Of a stretch of DNA of 53,936 nt, positions 42,556-51,241 are shown piece after piece (the first letter of the stretch is position 1; each line of letters begins with the position of its first letter). The notes below the pieces were generated by a model. The model made no database searches, was not told where the DNA came from, and saw only the letters and a list, made by a program, of their open reading frames with translations. This stretch comes from a virus, in IMG/VR virus record IMGVR_UViG_3300020123_000246. One strand, 5' to 3'. The translations under genes and the position numbers were made by a program.

Positions 42556-42650
42556 TACTCCATTGATGGCAGGGTCTTTGCCCCTACGGTGTTACTATCC
42601 AGGCACCCGCATAGCCGACACTTATAGAGGATCCGCCATTCCGTTTTCAT
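42555..42650 (-). CDS. Possible small Cys protein (31 aa)
   Basis: Hand translation MKTEWRILYKCRLCGCLDSNTVGAKTLPSME; ATGA overlap with the upstream gene. Confidence 0.25.
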   Translation of the reverse strand: MKTEWRILYKCRLCGCLDSNTVGAKTLPSME

Positions 42651-43066
42651 TTCAACCTTTCGATTCTGACGAGGGTACCGGTGGATCCGGAGGTAACGAC
42701 TTGCAGGACTCGGAAGCAAAGGCGTTTGTCAGCATCGTCAACACCGAGGCTTCTCGCGATACTGTCTCGGAGAGGTTTGGCGCCAGCGATGAGATTATCT
42801 TCATCAAACTCTTTACGGCCGAATCGGATGATTTCAACGAGGATACGTACGCGACTTTTGCGCTTTGGCTTATCAGCCTCACCTCGCTCCAATGCTTGTA
42901 CCTGAACGTGTTGGCTGAGGGAATGTTCCAGTCCAGCCAGAGACTGAGCTTTGACGCTGCTATCAACTGTTTTTCCAGCAAGAGCCTCGGCGACAATTTT
43001 CTGGTTTTCAGGTGACTGGCCGAGCTTGGTGTGTCGGAACGCATCGGGAGTGAGGCGGATAGGCAT
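42647..43066 (-). CDS. Putative RusA-like Holliday junction resolvase
   Basis: FDEDNLIAGAKPLRDSIARSLGVDDADKRL resembles the RusA D-x-D-N...DD core; neighbourhood of recombination genes. Confidence 0.45.
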   Translation of the reverse strand: MPIRLTPDAFRHTKLGQSPENQKIVAEALAGKTVDSSVKAQSLAGLEHSLSQHVQVQALERGEADKPKRKSRVRILVEIIRFGRKEFDEDNLIAGAKPLRDSIARSLGVDDADKRLCFRVLQVVTSGSTGTLVRIERLK

Positions 43067-43069
43067 GGT

Positions 43070-43237
43070 TTATTCGAAGTCCCCGGGGTGCTCTTCTCTG
43101 TAGCAGTCGATGTAGGAGTCAATTCTGCCAGCGAGCTCCTCGAGGTACTCGAAATAATCGGTTCCTCTTAGAGGTTTCGCGTTTACGTCGATTGCTCTCA
43201 TCGCGTCCCTAACGGCTTTTTCAGTGGCTGGTGTCAT
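43070..43237 (-). CDS. Hypothetical protein (55 aa)
   Basis: Hand translation MTPATEKAVRDAMRAIDVNAKPLRGTDYFEYLEELAGRIDSYIDCYREEHPGDFE; ATGA overlap upstream. Confidence 0.4.
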   Translation of the reverse strand: MTPATEKAVRDAMRAIDVNAKPLRGTDYFEYLEELAGRIDSYIDCYREEHPGDFE

Positions 43238-44460
43238 AATCCGAGAGCTGCTCTTTCTTCCGGGGTGAGTTTGGCAAGCGCGGCTGCTCGAGGATCCTTC
43301 TCGAGGCCGAGGGCCTGGCGCTCTTCTGGCGTGAGCTTATCGAGCGCTGCCTCAGCCACTGTCTTTGCTGTCGTCTGTATCACCCCTTGCGGCGCTACGG
43401 CCGCCGGCGTCACATGCGCTTGGCGAACCGGCGTAATAAAGAACGGTTGGCCTTGTGCTGGTGGGCCCGCGGCGGGCTGGTTAGGTCCGCGCACCAAAGT
43501 TGGAATGCCCTCGGTAACCACTGTCTTACGAGTGCGCTGAGGCCCGTTGGTTGGCGCCGGCAAGAGTGGTGCCGCGGCGGGGACTGGCTGCGCTGCAGAT
43601 TGCGTGCTCGCATGATTGACGAATGCTTCAATCTCGATCTGTTGAGCCGGCTTATAACCATTGACCCATTGCCAGTGCTTTACCAGCGGAGCAAAGCCTC
43701 CGAAGTAGATCTCATCGAGATCCTCCTCATGCTCGCAGATGACAAACTGGCCTTGGTTGACGGTCGAGATATAGACGTTGCGCCGGATGATCGGCTTCTC
43801 TGGCTGGCCGGCCGCGCGCCGCATGAGCTGCCAGGCCTTGGCGTACGCGGCGAGCTGCAGCCGGTGTTCAGACCAGGCGCCGCCTTTGAGCGGATCCGGA
43901 AGGGTCTTGCTCCCTTTGTAATCGGTAATGCTCAAATGCGTTTCGAACTCTTGCATAAGATCGCATCGGCCGGCATACCCGTCGCCAACCAGGCCGGTTT
44001 CAGTGCTGATGACCTCGCCAAAAGCCATGATGGCCTCGAGGGCATCTTTCACCCAGGGGAAGATCTCCGCATCGATTTCCAAGCCTACTACGCCAGCCTC
44101 GATCGCGTCGTGAATTTGGTTGCCCTTGTCCCGGGCGATATCGCGCTCCTGATGCTGCTGTTGCTCGACCTGCAGGACGCGAGTAATAAAGACGTCATCG
44201 GCCTCGCCTGGCTGGCGCGGCGCCGTCACGACTGCCAGAACAGCTTGCTCAATCATCCAGTTTACCAGGGCCTCTTTGTGCAGAAGTTTTAGGATCCCGG
44301 TGACTGAGGGAAGGAGATTAAGCTTGCGCGCGTCTTTGAGGTTGGTAGATCGCTGCCCTTTCTTATCGGCACGGTCGACAACGTGACAGGCTTTGCCGTC
44401 CGTAAAATACCAGTGCGCTTCGTCTGAACTCTTAACTCTTGCGGCTGTAGGATTGCTCAT
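43234..44460 (-). CDS. PD-(D/E)XK (RecB/Cas4-like) exonuclease with Pro/Ala-rich repeat-bearing C-terminal tail
   Basis: GNQIHDAIEAG; GRCDLMQ...SITDYKGSK; HRLQLAAYAKAW. Confidence 0.7.
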   Translation of the reverse strand: MSNPTAARVKSSDEAHWYFTDGKACHVVDRADKKGQRSTNLKDARKLNLLPSVTGILKLLHKEALVNWMIEQAVLAVVTAPRQPGEADDVFITRVLQVEQQQHQERDIARDKGNQIHDAIEAGVVGLEIDAEIFPWVKDALEAIMAFGEVISTETGLVGDGYAGRCDLMQEFETHLSITDYKGSKTLPDPLKGGAWSEHRLQLAAYAKAWQLMRRAAGQPEKPIIRRNVYISTVNQGQFVICEHEEDLDEIYFGGFAPLVKHWQWVNGYKPAQQIEIEAFVNHASTQSAAQPVPAAAPLLPAPTNGPQRTRKTVVTEGIPTLVRGPNQPAAGPPAQGQPFFITPVRQAHVTPAAVAPQGVIQTTAKTVAEAALDKLTPEERQALGLEKDPRAAALAKLTPEERAALGL

Positions 44461-44481
44461 TTTGGTTTGGTTTGGTGTTTG

Positions 44482-44652
44482 TTAATTGCGGCTGTCATCA
44501 TGCTTCTTTTGCCGGCGGGCGATCCCTACCGCCAGGCCGCAAACCTTGTGCGCGCTCAGCGGCTTACCGCACTGGCTGCAGAGTGCTCCCGGTTTGGAGG
44601 TCTGGATCTGCAGGCTCTTAATCTTCTCGAGAAACTCTTCGAATTTGCTCAT
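44482..44652 (-). CDS. Hypothetical protein (56 aa)
   Basis: Hand translation MSKFEEFLEKIKSLQIQTSKPGALCSQCGKPLSAHKVCGLAVGIARRQKKHDDSRN. Confidence 0.35.
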   Translation of the reverse strand: MSKFEEFLEKIKSLQIQTSKPGALCSQCGKPLSAHKVCGLAVGIARRQKKHDDSRN

Positions 44653-44653
44653 A

Positions 44654-44866
44654 TCACATATCGACTGCTTTTTGCCGGCGCTGCAAGATGCCCTCTTTCA
44701 GGCATGCTCGCAGCCCTTCCGAGAGTAAGCGCTCGGCCGCGGCGGCGCGGCTGGTGCCATAGAACCCGGTTTCGACTACCCGATCGAGGACTTCAACTGC
44801 GGCTTGTGTGGTTGTTATCTGTATAACCACACTGTCAGAACCGCGCCGCGGCATTGAATTGGCCAT
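44654..44866 (-). CDS. Ribbon-helix-helix-like protein (70 aa)
   Basis: SVVIQITTTQAAVEVLDRVVETGFYGTSRAAAAERLLSEGL. Confidence 0.45.
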   Translation of the reverse strand: MANSMPRRGSDSVVIQITTTQAAVEVLDRVVETGFYGTSRAAAAERLLSEGLRACLKEGILQRRQKAVDM

Positions 44867-44892
44867 GCGTTTACTGTGCCGGTGCATTGCCG

Positions 44893-46365
44893 TTACATTG
44901 GAATATCATCGTCCTGACCGGCCGGGAGCTCTGGTTGAGCCTCAGCTTGGGTGTCCTGGCCGTGCTTTTCCTCCCACTCGAGGAACGCATCGAGGGCTTC
45001 GCGGAAAGTGAAATCCGACTGGGTTGGTTGGTAGGTGGTACCGTTATGCTCTCGAGGAGCTGGCGCCCAGTTCCTGGCCATTCCCCAAAGCCGCTTTTGG
45101 CAGGCCTCATCGCCTTCCTTCATGCCCTTGTAAAGGCTACCGATGGTATCGGGGTTTTGCTGGTACTCGGCGCGCTTCATCCCAGCCCGCGGGATAGGGC
45201 AGATGATATCAAAGAACCACTCCGGATCGCGAGACTTGGCGGCCTCGGCCCCCGGCGCCTTGGAGGTGGTTGCTGGCTTAGATTTGGGGGGGTCTTTCAG
45301 GTCGTGAGGCTTGAAAGCGTGCTCGGCTTTGCCCGTTTGGGTGAAAAGCTGGATTTTCTCCTCGAGGAGCTTCAATTCATCCCGACTCAAAGGGCAAAAC
45401 TCGAGCCCTAAGGCCTCTATCGGGTCCGTAGGCAGGAGAGCCGCCGGATTTACCAGGGCCCGATAATACGCAACCGCATGATTTAGAATCGGTTTGAGCT
45501 GTACAATGAGCCAGTTAAGCGTTGCTTGGCTGGCAAACTTGGGTTTCTGCTCGACCTTTGCGCCAGGCGTGACGCCAGTGCTCGCCGCTTGCACGCCCTG
45601 AGGCGTTTGGCTTGCCGCCGGTGTGGTTACACCCCCTGCGGCGGCCTGGGCGGTCCTAGAGCTCTTCTCCCTGAGCTTCCGCCGGGCCCACCAACCATTG
45701 CACCAGTCCTTTTTCCATGCCTGCAGGCCAACTCCGAGCTCTTTACAGCACCGGCGCAAGGCGGCCGTTTTGGCGCCCTCGACGGCATCGCCGTAGTTCT
45801 GACTGTTGTTGGAGGGGTAGTACTCCATTTCCCCTACCGCCTCGCCAACAAAGCAGCCCCTGATTACCAGCATTGCCTCGACGTAAACCCGGCTACCGCT
45901 CACGGCCGGCTTGCGCTCCCTGGCTGGAAGGGTGAAGGGCTCAGCCCATCGATTGCGCGGGACAATCGCCCATTTGCCCATACCGAAAACACTGGTGAGA
46001 CGTTCCCTGAGTGCAGCGTGCTCGATATAAATGAGATTCTCTTTGCCGGCGGCGCCAGGCTGGAAAGCCTCATCAGGGAAATCGGCTTTGAGCTTATCCT
46101 CCTCCTCGGGGGTGAGCTCGAGCTCTGAGGCGCGCTCATAGGCTCGCATGGTCAAAGCAGCGACGGCCTCAACTTTGGCTTGCGCCGCGGTTATCTGTGG
46201 CTTGGCTGGTTCAGCCTGGGGCCGGCGCTGCTCAAGGGCCATTTGGCGCGGCGGCGGCGCCTCCTCGGTTGTGGGTGGGTCCTGATCGATTGTCTCGGCT
46301 TCAATGGGCTCGTTTGTCATAGGAGGTAACGGGTGTTCGTAACAATATCTTGATAAATCAAACAT
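44893..46365 (-). CDS. Rad52/MGM101-like single-strand annealing protein with long C-terminal extension ending DDDIPM
   Basis: IYIEHAALRERLTSVFGMGKWAIVP and GEAVGEM...NYGDAVEGAKTAALRRCCKELGVGLQAW match the Rad52-family core; start ATG 46365 (alternative 46320). Confidence 0.7.
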   Translation of the reverse strand: MFDLSRYCYEHPLPPMTNEPIEAETIDQDPPTTEEAPPPRQMALEQRRPQAEPAKPQITAAQAKVEAVAALTMRAYERASELELTPEEEDKLKADFPDEAFQPGAAGKENLIYIEHAALRERLTSVFGMGKWAIVPRNRWAEPFTLPARERKPAVSGSRVYVEAMLVIRGCFVGEAVGEMEYYPSNNSQNYGDAVEGAKTAALRRCCKELGVGLQAWKKDWCNGWWARRKLREKSSRTAQAAAGGVTTPAASQTPQGVQAASTGVTPGAKVEQKPKFASQATLNWLIVQLKPILNHAVAYYRALVNPAALLPTDPIEALGLEFCPLSRDELKLLEEKIQLFTQTGKAEHAFKPHDLKDPPKSKPATTSKAPGAEAAKSRDPEWFFDIICPIPRAGMKRAEYQQNPDTIGSLYKGMKEGDEACQKRLWGMARNWAPAPREHNGTTYQPTQSDFTFREALDAFLEWEEKHGQDTQAEAQPELPAGQDDDIPM

Positions 46366-46633
46366 TTGGCAGCAAGGGCAGGACTGCGGCGTAGAGCTCG
46401 GCGGCGCTCCGCTCCTCGGCCTCCTGCCTTTCGTAGTCGCGCATGATTTCCTCGAGGACCTCGAGGGCTCGGCCTGGGGCTCCCATGCGGAGGAGCTCGG
46501 CCGCCTGGCCGGTAAGGCGCCGGCGCCGCTGTTCAGGTTGCTCAAAGCCGAACACTTCGCGGGCCTCAGCCAGGCGCGCGCCGATGTTGGCTTTCATCTG
46601 ATCTCTGATCAATCCCTGCGCTACGGTTGTCAT
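46358..46633 (-). CDS. Hypothetical helical protein (91 aa)
   Basis: ORF track. Confidence 0.5.
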   Translation of the reverse strand: MTTVAQGLIRDQMKANIGARLAEAREVFGFEQPEQRRRRLTGQAAELLRMGAPGRALEVLEEIMRDYERQEAEERSAAELYAAVLPLLPNV

Positions 46634-46772
46634 GTGGTTCTTTCGGTTCGTACGTTTCGAGGTAATGAAATTCTTTTGACCGCGGGTGTGTGGGGCAACG
46701 CATTAAAAGGCTGTGCTTGCCCAATGGGCAACCGCACCGTTTACACCTGGGCGCCGCGGCGGGAATGCTCAT
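46566..46772 (-). CDS. Possible Zn-binding small protein (68 aa)
   Basis: CKRCGCPLGKH...RCPTH; ATGA overlap with the upstream RHH gene; its 3' end overlaps the next gene by 68 nt. Confidence 0.35.
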   Translation of the reverse strand: MSIPAAAPRCKRCGCPLGKHSLLMRCPTHPRSKEFHYLETYEPKEPHDNRSAGIDQRSDESQHRRAPG

Positions 46773-46936
46773 AAGAGTTCCTCGGTTGCTAGTTCCTTCG
46801 TCAAAATCACGGTGAGCATTGAGGCTTCTGATCTATTTTCTTGACGCGCTCGGCTTGCCAGTTTCCGCTTGAGCTTTTCGGGGACCCTGGCGCCGATGTA
46901 AACTTTGCCGTTCTTGTCGCTTTGCGCTTTTCGCAT
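46769..46936 (-). CDS. CopG/Arc-type ribbon-helix-helix regulator (55 aa)
   Basis: KVYIGARVPEKLKRKLASRARQENRSEASMLTVILTKEL; first gene of the leftward block at the divergent region. Confidence 0.6.
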   Translation of the reverse strand: MRKAQSDKNGKVYIGARVPEKLKRKLASRARQENRSEASMLTVILTKELATEELL

Positions 46937-47029
46937 GGTCTTAGACCGTAAATTAACGGACAGCCGGAAGTCAATAATAAAATGTTGCAAAGTATCGCAG
47001 AGTGTGATTGAATCTTCCTCAGCGCGGAA
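46937..47029. promoter_or_regulatory. Divergent AT-rich control region
   Basis: ~95-bp AT-rich gap between the RHH gene (-) and 47030..48466 (+); contains TTGCAA and a CCGTaaattaACGG inverted repeat. Confidence 0.45.
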
Positions 47030-48466
47030 TTGAAAGGCCATACAATGCAAGCGAAGTACTCACCAGAGGATAACAAACTAAGGTTATATTCCAGCACCCG
47101 GCTCGATCCGGATCTCTATAAGCGGGTCAGGGCCTACGGTTTCATTTGGGCCCCCAAACAGGAACTATTTGTGGCGCCGGCGTGGAGTCCTGACCGGGAG
47201 GACTTCTTGATCGAACTGTGTGAGGAAATCGGGGACGAGGACACAAGCCTAGTAGCTCGAGCCGAGCAGCGCGCCGAGCGCTTCGAGCAGTATTCAGAGA
47301 ACCGGTCCGAGGATGCCAAGAGCGCGCGCGCTGCGGTTTCAGCCATCGCGGACAATATCCCGTTAGGCCAACCGATCCTTGTCGGCCATCACTCCGAGAG
47401 GCACGCGCGCCGGGACGCTGAGAAGATTGAAAACGGCATGCGCCGGGCGATCAAGATGTGGGATCAGTCCAAGTACTGGACGGATCGCGCCTCCGGTGCC
47501 CTGGCGCATGCGAAATACAAAGAGCTTCCCCAGGTTCGAGCCCGCCGGATTAAAACTCTCGAGGCTGAGAAGCGCGGCCATGAGCGCGCGAAAGCCAAAG
47601 CTGAGAACATGCTCAAGCTGTGGGCGGCTATCGATAGCCAAGAAAAAGCGCTAACCCTGGCCGGCTGCCACCCTGACGCGGGCTGGCTTACTTGTGCCAA
47701 GGTTGGAGATCGAACCTATCACGCGTACGACGTCCTAAGGCCTGACGAAGAGCGGTACAAAGAGTGCCCGGCGATGACCTTCGAGCAGGTCAAAGAGATT
47801 GCAGCCAGGCGCTACCCCGCAACCGTAGCCCATTGCGATCGCTGGATTGCGCACTACGTCAACCGGTTAGCCTATGAACGGGCCATGCTTGCCGAGTCCG
47901 GCGGCCTGGCGGCTGACAAATTCAATTTTAAGATGGGCGGCCAGGTGAAGCGCCGCGGGGAATGGTTTGTGATTCTCAAAGTGAACATGCGCAAAGGTGA
48001 GTTGCGGTCTCTGACCGTTGCCGGCCATTGGAAAACGACGATCGCGCTTGAGGAGGTACAAGACTACAAAGATCCCGCGGAGGGCGATTGGGAAAAGGCG
48101 CGCGCGGTCGTTTTAACTCCTCCGCTGTGCAACTATCCCGGTGAGGGCTTTTTGCACCAAACGGAGGCCGAATATAAAAGCACCGTCCCGAAATGGTCAG
48201 ACTTCCCGAAAACCAAAACGATCAAGGCAACCGCTGGCGCCGTGTGTCATCGAGTGCGCAACCAGCGCAAGCCCGGGGGCAATGCCTGGGAGGGTGTTGG
48301 CGTATTCCTGACTGACAAGAAGGAAACGCGGCCACCCAAGCCTGAGGGACCGGCGCCGAGCTTGCCGGCGCGGGAGCTGCCAGACGTGCGAGCCTATCGG
48401 CCGGCGGAAAAGACAGAAGAGGCTAAAAGCTTCGAGGACCTCCGCGGGGCTCTGGCCCATCAATAA
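47030..48466 (+). CDS. DUF3560-like protein (478 aa)
   Basis: GQPILVGHHSERHARRDAEK motif and layout recalled from the DUF3560 family of plasmids and phages. Confidence 0.55.
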   Translation: MKGHTMQAKYSPEDNKLRLYSSTRLDPDLYKRVRAYGFIWAPKQELFVAPAWSPDREDFLIELCEEIGDEDTSLVARAEQRAERFEQYSENRSEDAKSARAAVSAIADNIPLGQPILVGHHSERHARRDAEKIENGMRRAIKMWDQSKYWTDRASGALAHAKYKELPQVRARRIKTLEAEKRGHERAKAKAENMLKLWAAIDSQEKALTLAGCHPDAGWLTCAKVGDRTYHAYDVLRPDEERYKECPAMTFEQVKEIAARRYPATVAHCDRWIAHYVNRLAYERAMLAESGGLAADKFNFKMGGQVKRRGEWFVILKVNMRKGELRSLTVAGHWKTTIALEEVQDYKDPAEGDWEKARAVVLTPPLCNYPGEGFLHQTEAEYKSTVPKWSDFPKTKTIKATAGAVCHRVRNQRKPGGNAWEGVGVFLTDKKETRPPKPEGPAPSLPARELPDVRAYRPAEKTEEAKSFEDLRGALAHQ

Positions 48467-48835
48467 ATGATTTGCTCAGCCTTGGCCGAAACAGCACACA
48501 CACCCGGCCCGTGGAAATACCACATTGGGCGCGGCATTGATCCAAGATTCCACGTCCAAACGGAAGGCGGGTATCAAATCGTAGAGACCCCAAAAACCGG
48601 TATTGCGTGCGGTATTAGGGAAGCGAATGAAGCCAACGCCCGCCTAATCGCCGCCGCCCCCGAGCTGCTTGCGGCGTGCAAAGCCGCGCTTGACGGATTA
48701 CTTCCGTGTAATCCACAAGACCCGGAATTGCTTAACTACGAGACGTGTCCTCCGGGACATAGAAATGAGTGTGGGCATTGCTTTAGGCGGCGACAGATCG
48801 AAGCCGCCATCGCCAAAGCGGAGGTGCAACCGTGA
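48467..48835 (+). CDS. Conserved phage hypothetical protein
   Basis: HTPGPW...EANARLIAAAPELLAACK, a motif common in uncharacterised phage proteins. Confidence 0.55.
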   Translation: MICSALAETAHTPGPWKYHIGRGIDPRFHVQTEGGYQIVETPKTGIACGIREANEANARLIAAAPELLAACKAALDGLLPCNPQDPELLNYETCPPGHRNECGHCFRRRQIEAAIAKAEVQP

Positions 48836-48999
48836 GTCCGGCACTTGCCAAATTCATTCTGGCCCGCCCTTGCGGGTTTATCACGGATGACGACCGGCGG
48901 GAGCTGCAGGAGCTTGACCGGCTTTTGCCGCTGGTAGTGCGGTGCGATTGCTGCCGGTTTATCTGCGCGGTTCAAGACCTGCCGATCCTGCGTGGCTAA
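48832..48999 (+). CDS. Possible small protein (55 aa, GTG start)
   Basis: Hand translation (M)SPALAKFILARPCGFITDDDRRELQELDRLLPLVVRCDCCRFICAVQDLPILRG; GTGA overlap. Confidence 0.3.
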   Translation: MSPALAKFILARPCGFITDDDRRELQELDRLLPLVVRCDCCRFICAVQDLPILRG

Positions 49000-49186
49000 C
49001 GCGACCCGTGACGGCAAATATTGCATGGTCTACGACGTGGGGGCTCGCTACGGATGGTTCGATGGGTGGTGGGACATGGCCGCGCTCGAACAGCTTTTGG
49101 CGAGCGGAAAAGGAATTTATACTACGGCGGCGGCAGCGGGAAAATTGACCGCCGAACAGCGCAAGGAAATCAACGTCTGGAGGTAG
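48992..49186 (+). CDS. Hypothetical protein (64 aa)
   Basis: ORF track. Confidence 0.4.
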   Translation: MANATRDGKYCMVYDVGARYGWFDGWWDMAALEQLLASGKGIYTTAAAAGKLTAEQRKEINVWR

Positions 49187-49309
49187 CCCTTGAACCGACT
49201 CAGGCGCGCGCCGAGGCCGCCGCGGTGCAATCCGTTGCCAAGTTCCAAGCCCGCCGGCCGCCGAGCTCGCCGCTCTTGACCTCCAGCCGGCGCCCGCCAT
49301 CCTGCCCGG

Positions 49310-49792
49310 GTGCCTCAATGGACTCCTGAACAGGCCAGAGCGTATTCGGCTCAAGCCGCGGCCGCTTCGGTTCTGGCCCGCAAACGGCGAGCCGAAAACC
49401 GCGCCGCGGCCGCCCGGCTTCACCCGGCTCGAAACGGGCATTCTGCCGAGCTCGATTTCAAAGCCGAGTTACTCGCCGGCGTGCGTGCGCGTGCGCGCGA
49501 GATCTTAAACCTTCTGCAAGAACACACCAGCCGAGCCAAACCAGACGCTGCGCACCTCGACAGACTCGCCTCCGCTCTCGAACGCCTCGCGGATCTCGAA
49601 CGCGTGCTCGATGGCAGGCCATTGCCAGGAAGCAGGCGCCCGCCTCGCGAGGATGTGCCAAGCGCAAGGCCTGGCAGTGCAGGAGCTCGCCGCGGGCCTG
49701 CAGTGCCGATGCCCTCGCCTCCAGCTCCAGCGCCATCGAGCTCGACCGATGATGATGAGCCGCCGCTCTATCAGCCGGCGCCGCTCGACTGA
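49310..49792 (+). CDS. Hypothetical Ala/Arg-rich protein (160 aa)
   Basis: ORF track; last rightward gene before the ORF-free region. Confidence 0.45.
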   Translation: MPQWTPEQARAYSAQAAAASVLARKRRAENRAAAARLHPARNGHSAELDFKAELLAGVRARAREILNLLQEHTSRAKPDAAHLDRLASALERLADLERVLDGRPLPGSRRPPREDVPSARPGSAGARRGPAVPMPSPPAPAPSSSTDDDEPPLYQPAPLD

Positions 49793-50230
49793 GCTACCTA
49801 AGGAATCTCTTTTCTACGCCGGACCGTCCCCGCCCCCCACCCCCGGGGGAGGCGCGCGCCACTCGTTTCAATCCCCATTTCCCAGTTTACCCGAGCAGTA
49901 TTTTACATGCGCGTAAGCCACGCATTGGCAGCGTGTTGCCCACGGACGCAAGGGGGAATCAGCAGTTTGAACGCAGCGGCTGTTTTTGTGTGAAGCGAGT
50001 CTTTAATTATGAGACGAATGTTGGTATGCAAAGGGTTAAACTGACAAAAGCAGCAGCGTTCAGACTGCGACGGAGAAAGGGGACATCTGGGAAAGTTGGC
50101 ACTTTTCGAGGAGAGTCCGGAAAAGATCAAGGACAGTGCCAGAGCATTGCTAGCTGCGATTGACTGAGGTTACATGCGGGTACGGCACTCCCCCTTTCGG
50201 GTGTGCACGCAAAAACTGTATCGGCGGTTG

Positions 50231-50263
50231 GGTCCGGGGTCAGGCTGTCGGACCATTGTTTTT
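50231..50263 (+). terminator. Candidate rho-independent terminator inside the ORF-free region
   Basis: GGTCCG-12 nt-CGGACC followed by ATTGTTTTTG. Confidence 0.45.
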
Positions 50264-50492
50264 GCACTCTGGAATCCTGGCGGTCGGAGGCGTATTTAGT
50301 TGTTTCAGCTCTCCTCTTTCCGGTTGCAATCGATAAACGAATGCTAACGGAGGCTTGTCCTGTGTTGTTGAACCAGGGGCGGCCGTACCTGCTCGGTACC
50401 GGCTGAATCGAGGCTTGCCCAATCAAGGGCTACTGTGGCACTCGAACACTCTAACTGGCCCGGGCATTTGTTGGCCGGCCCGGGTGTGTCAT

Positions 50493-50675
50493 CTACCCCC
50501 GGCCAGTGGCCAGGGAAATCGCTTCGGAAACGGCTTTTCCAGCCGCCAACCAGGCGGCGCGCTCCTCCGGTGAAAGCTCATCCCAATGCGGAAACTGCTC
50601 GCCGTGCGGACCCGCAAAATTCCGCGCCTTGCAATAAGCCCGGTAGGCTGCCATTCCAATTTCTTCGCTGCTCAT
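50493..50675 (-). CDS. Hypothetical protein (60 aa)
   Basis: Start moved to MSSEEIG at the ATGA overlap. Confidence 0.45.
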   Translation of the reverse strand: MSSEEIGMAAYRAYCKARNFAGPHGEQFPHWDELSPEERAAWLAAGKAVSEAISLATGRG

Positions 50676-50887
50676 GGCTGTGATTCCCGCCGTCGAAAAA
50701 GTGATTTGAACCGGTCGATTTGGGTGTTCACCCACCCGCGGACATTCACCATCCACCAAGGGCCCCAATGCCACCTGGCCCGCCCAAGCGCATACCCGCG
50801 GTTCCAGCACTGCTCGGCGGTCAGCTTCTTATCGAAACCAAACTCCTCGCAGGCCGTGTACACCGATTCGAAATTCTCATTTTTCAT
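50672..50887 (-). CDS. Trp-rich hypothetical protein (71 aa)
   Basis: ORF track. Confidence 0.5.
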   Translation of the reverse strand: MKNENFESVYTACEEFGFDKKLTAEQCWNRGYALGRARWHWGPWWMVNVRGWVNTQIDRFKSLFRRRESQP

Positions 50888-51240
50888 GGCAGCACGGATC
50901 CGAAAGTGATCGTCCCATCATCGTTGACCTTGTATTCGACCTTGAAACTCCACTTGCCGGCGTAGTCCGCCTCTCGATAGGAAGGCAGATTCGGACAGTT
51001 AGTGGCGGTGATCCATTCTGGATTTGGTTCGAAACCCGGCGCCGGATGCTCTCTCTTGAGGAAAATGAAATCCTGTAAGGCCTTATCGTCATAGGGCTTA
51101 ATAGCATACCGAAACTCAGCGATGTACAGTCCCCGCCTCCGTCCAACCTTCCACCGGGGATGCCCCTCGAGCCTGGGCAGAAACGCCATCGGCGCGACGG
51201 CGGCCAGGAGCATTGATTTGAGAAAATTCCTACGTTGCAT
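50884..51240 (-). CDS. Putative Tat-exported protein (118 aa)
   Basis: MQRRNFLKSMLLAAVAPMAF twin-arginine-like signal; start moved to this Met. Confidence 0.5.
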   Translation of the reverse strand: MQRRNFLKSMLLAAVAPMAFLPRLEGHPRWKVGRRRGLYIAEFRYAIKPYDDKALQDFIFLKREHPAPGFEPNPEWITATNCPNLPSYREADYAGKWSFKVEYKVNDDGTITFGSVLP

Positions 51241-51241
51241 G

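Noticed and set aside
50106-50150. RNase P RNA-like strings (GAGGAGAGUCCGG and GGACAGUGCCAG resemble CR-I GAGGAAAGUCCGG and the P7-P9 region)
   Set aside because: The other universally conserved RNase P elements are absent (the GGGUGAAAGGGUG-type J11/12-P12 region and the ACAGAA.CCGGCUUA CR-V/P4 3' strand). No P4 pairing partner could be found. Probably a chance resemblance, but an Rfam scan would settle it.
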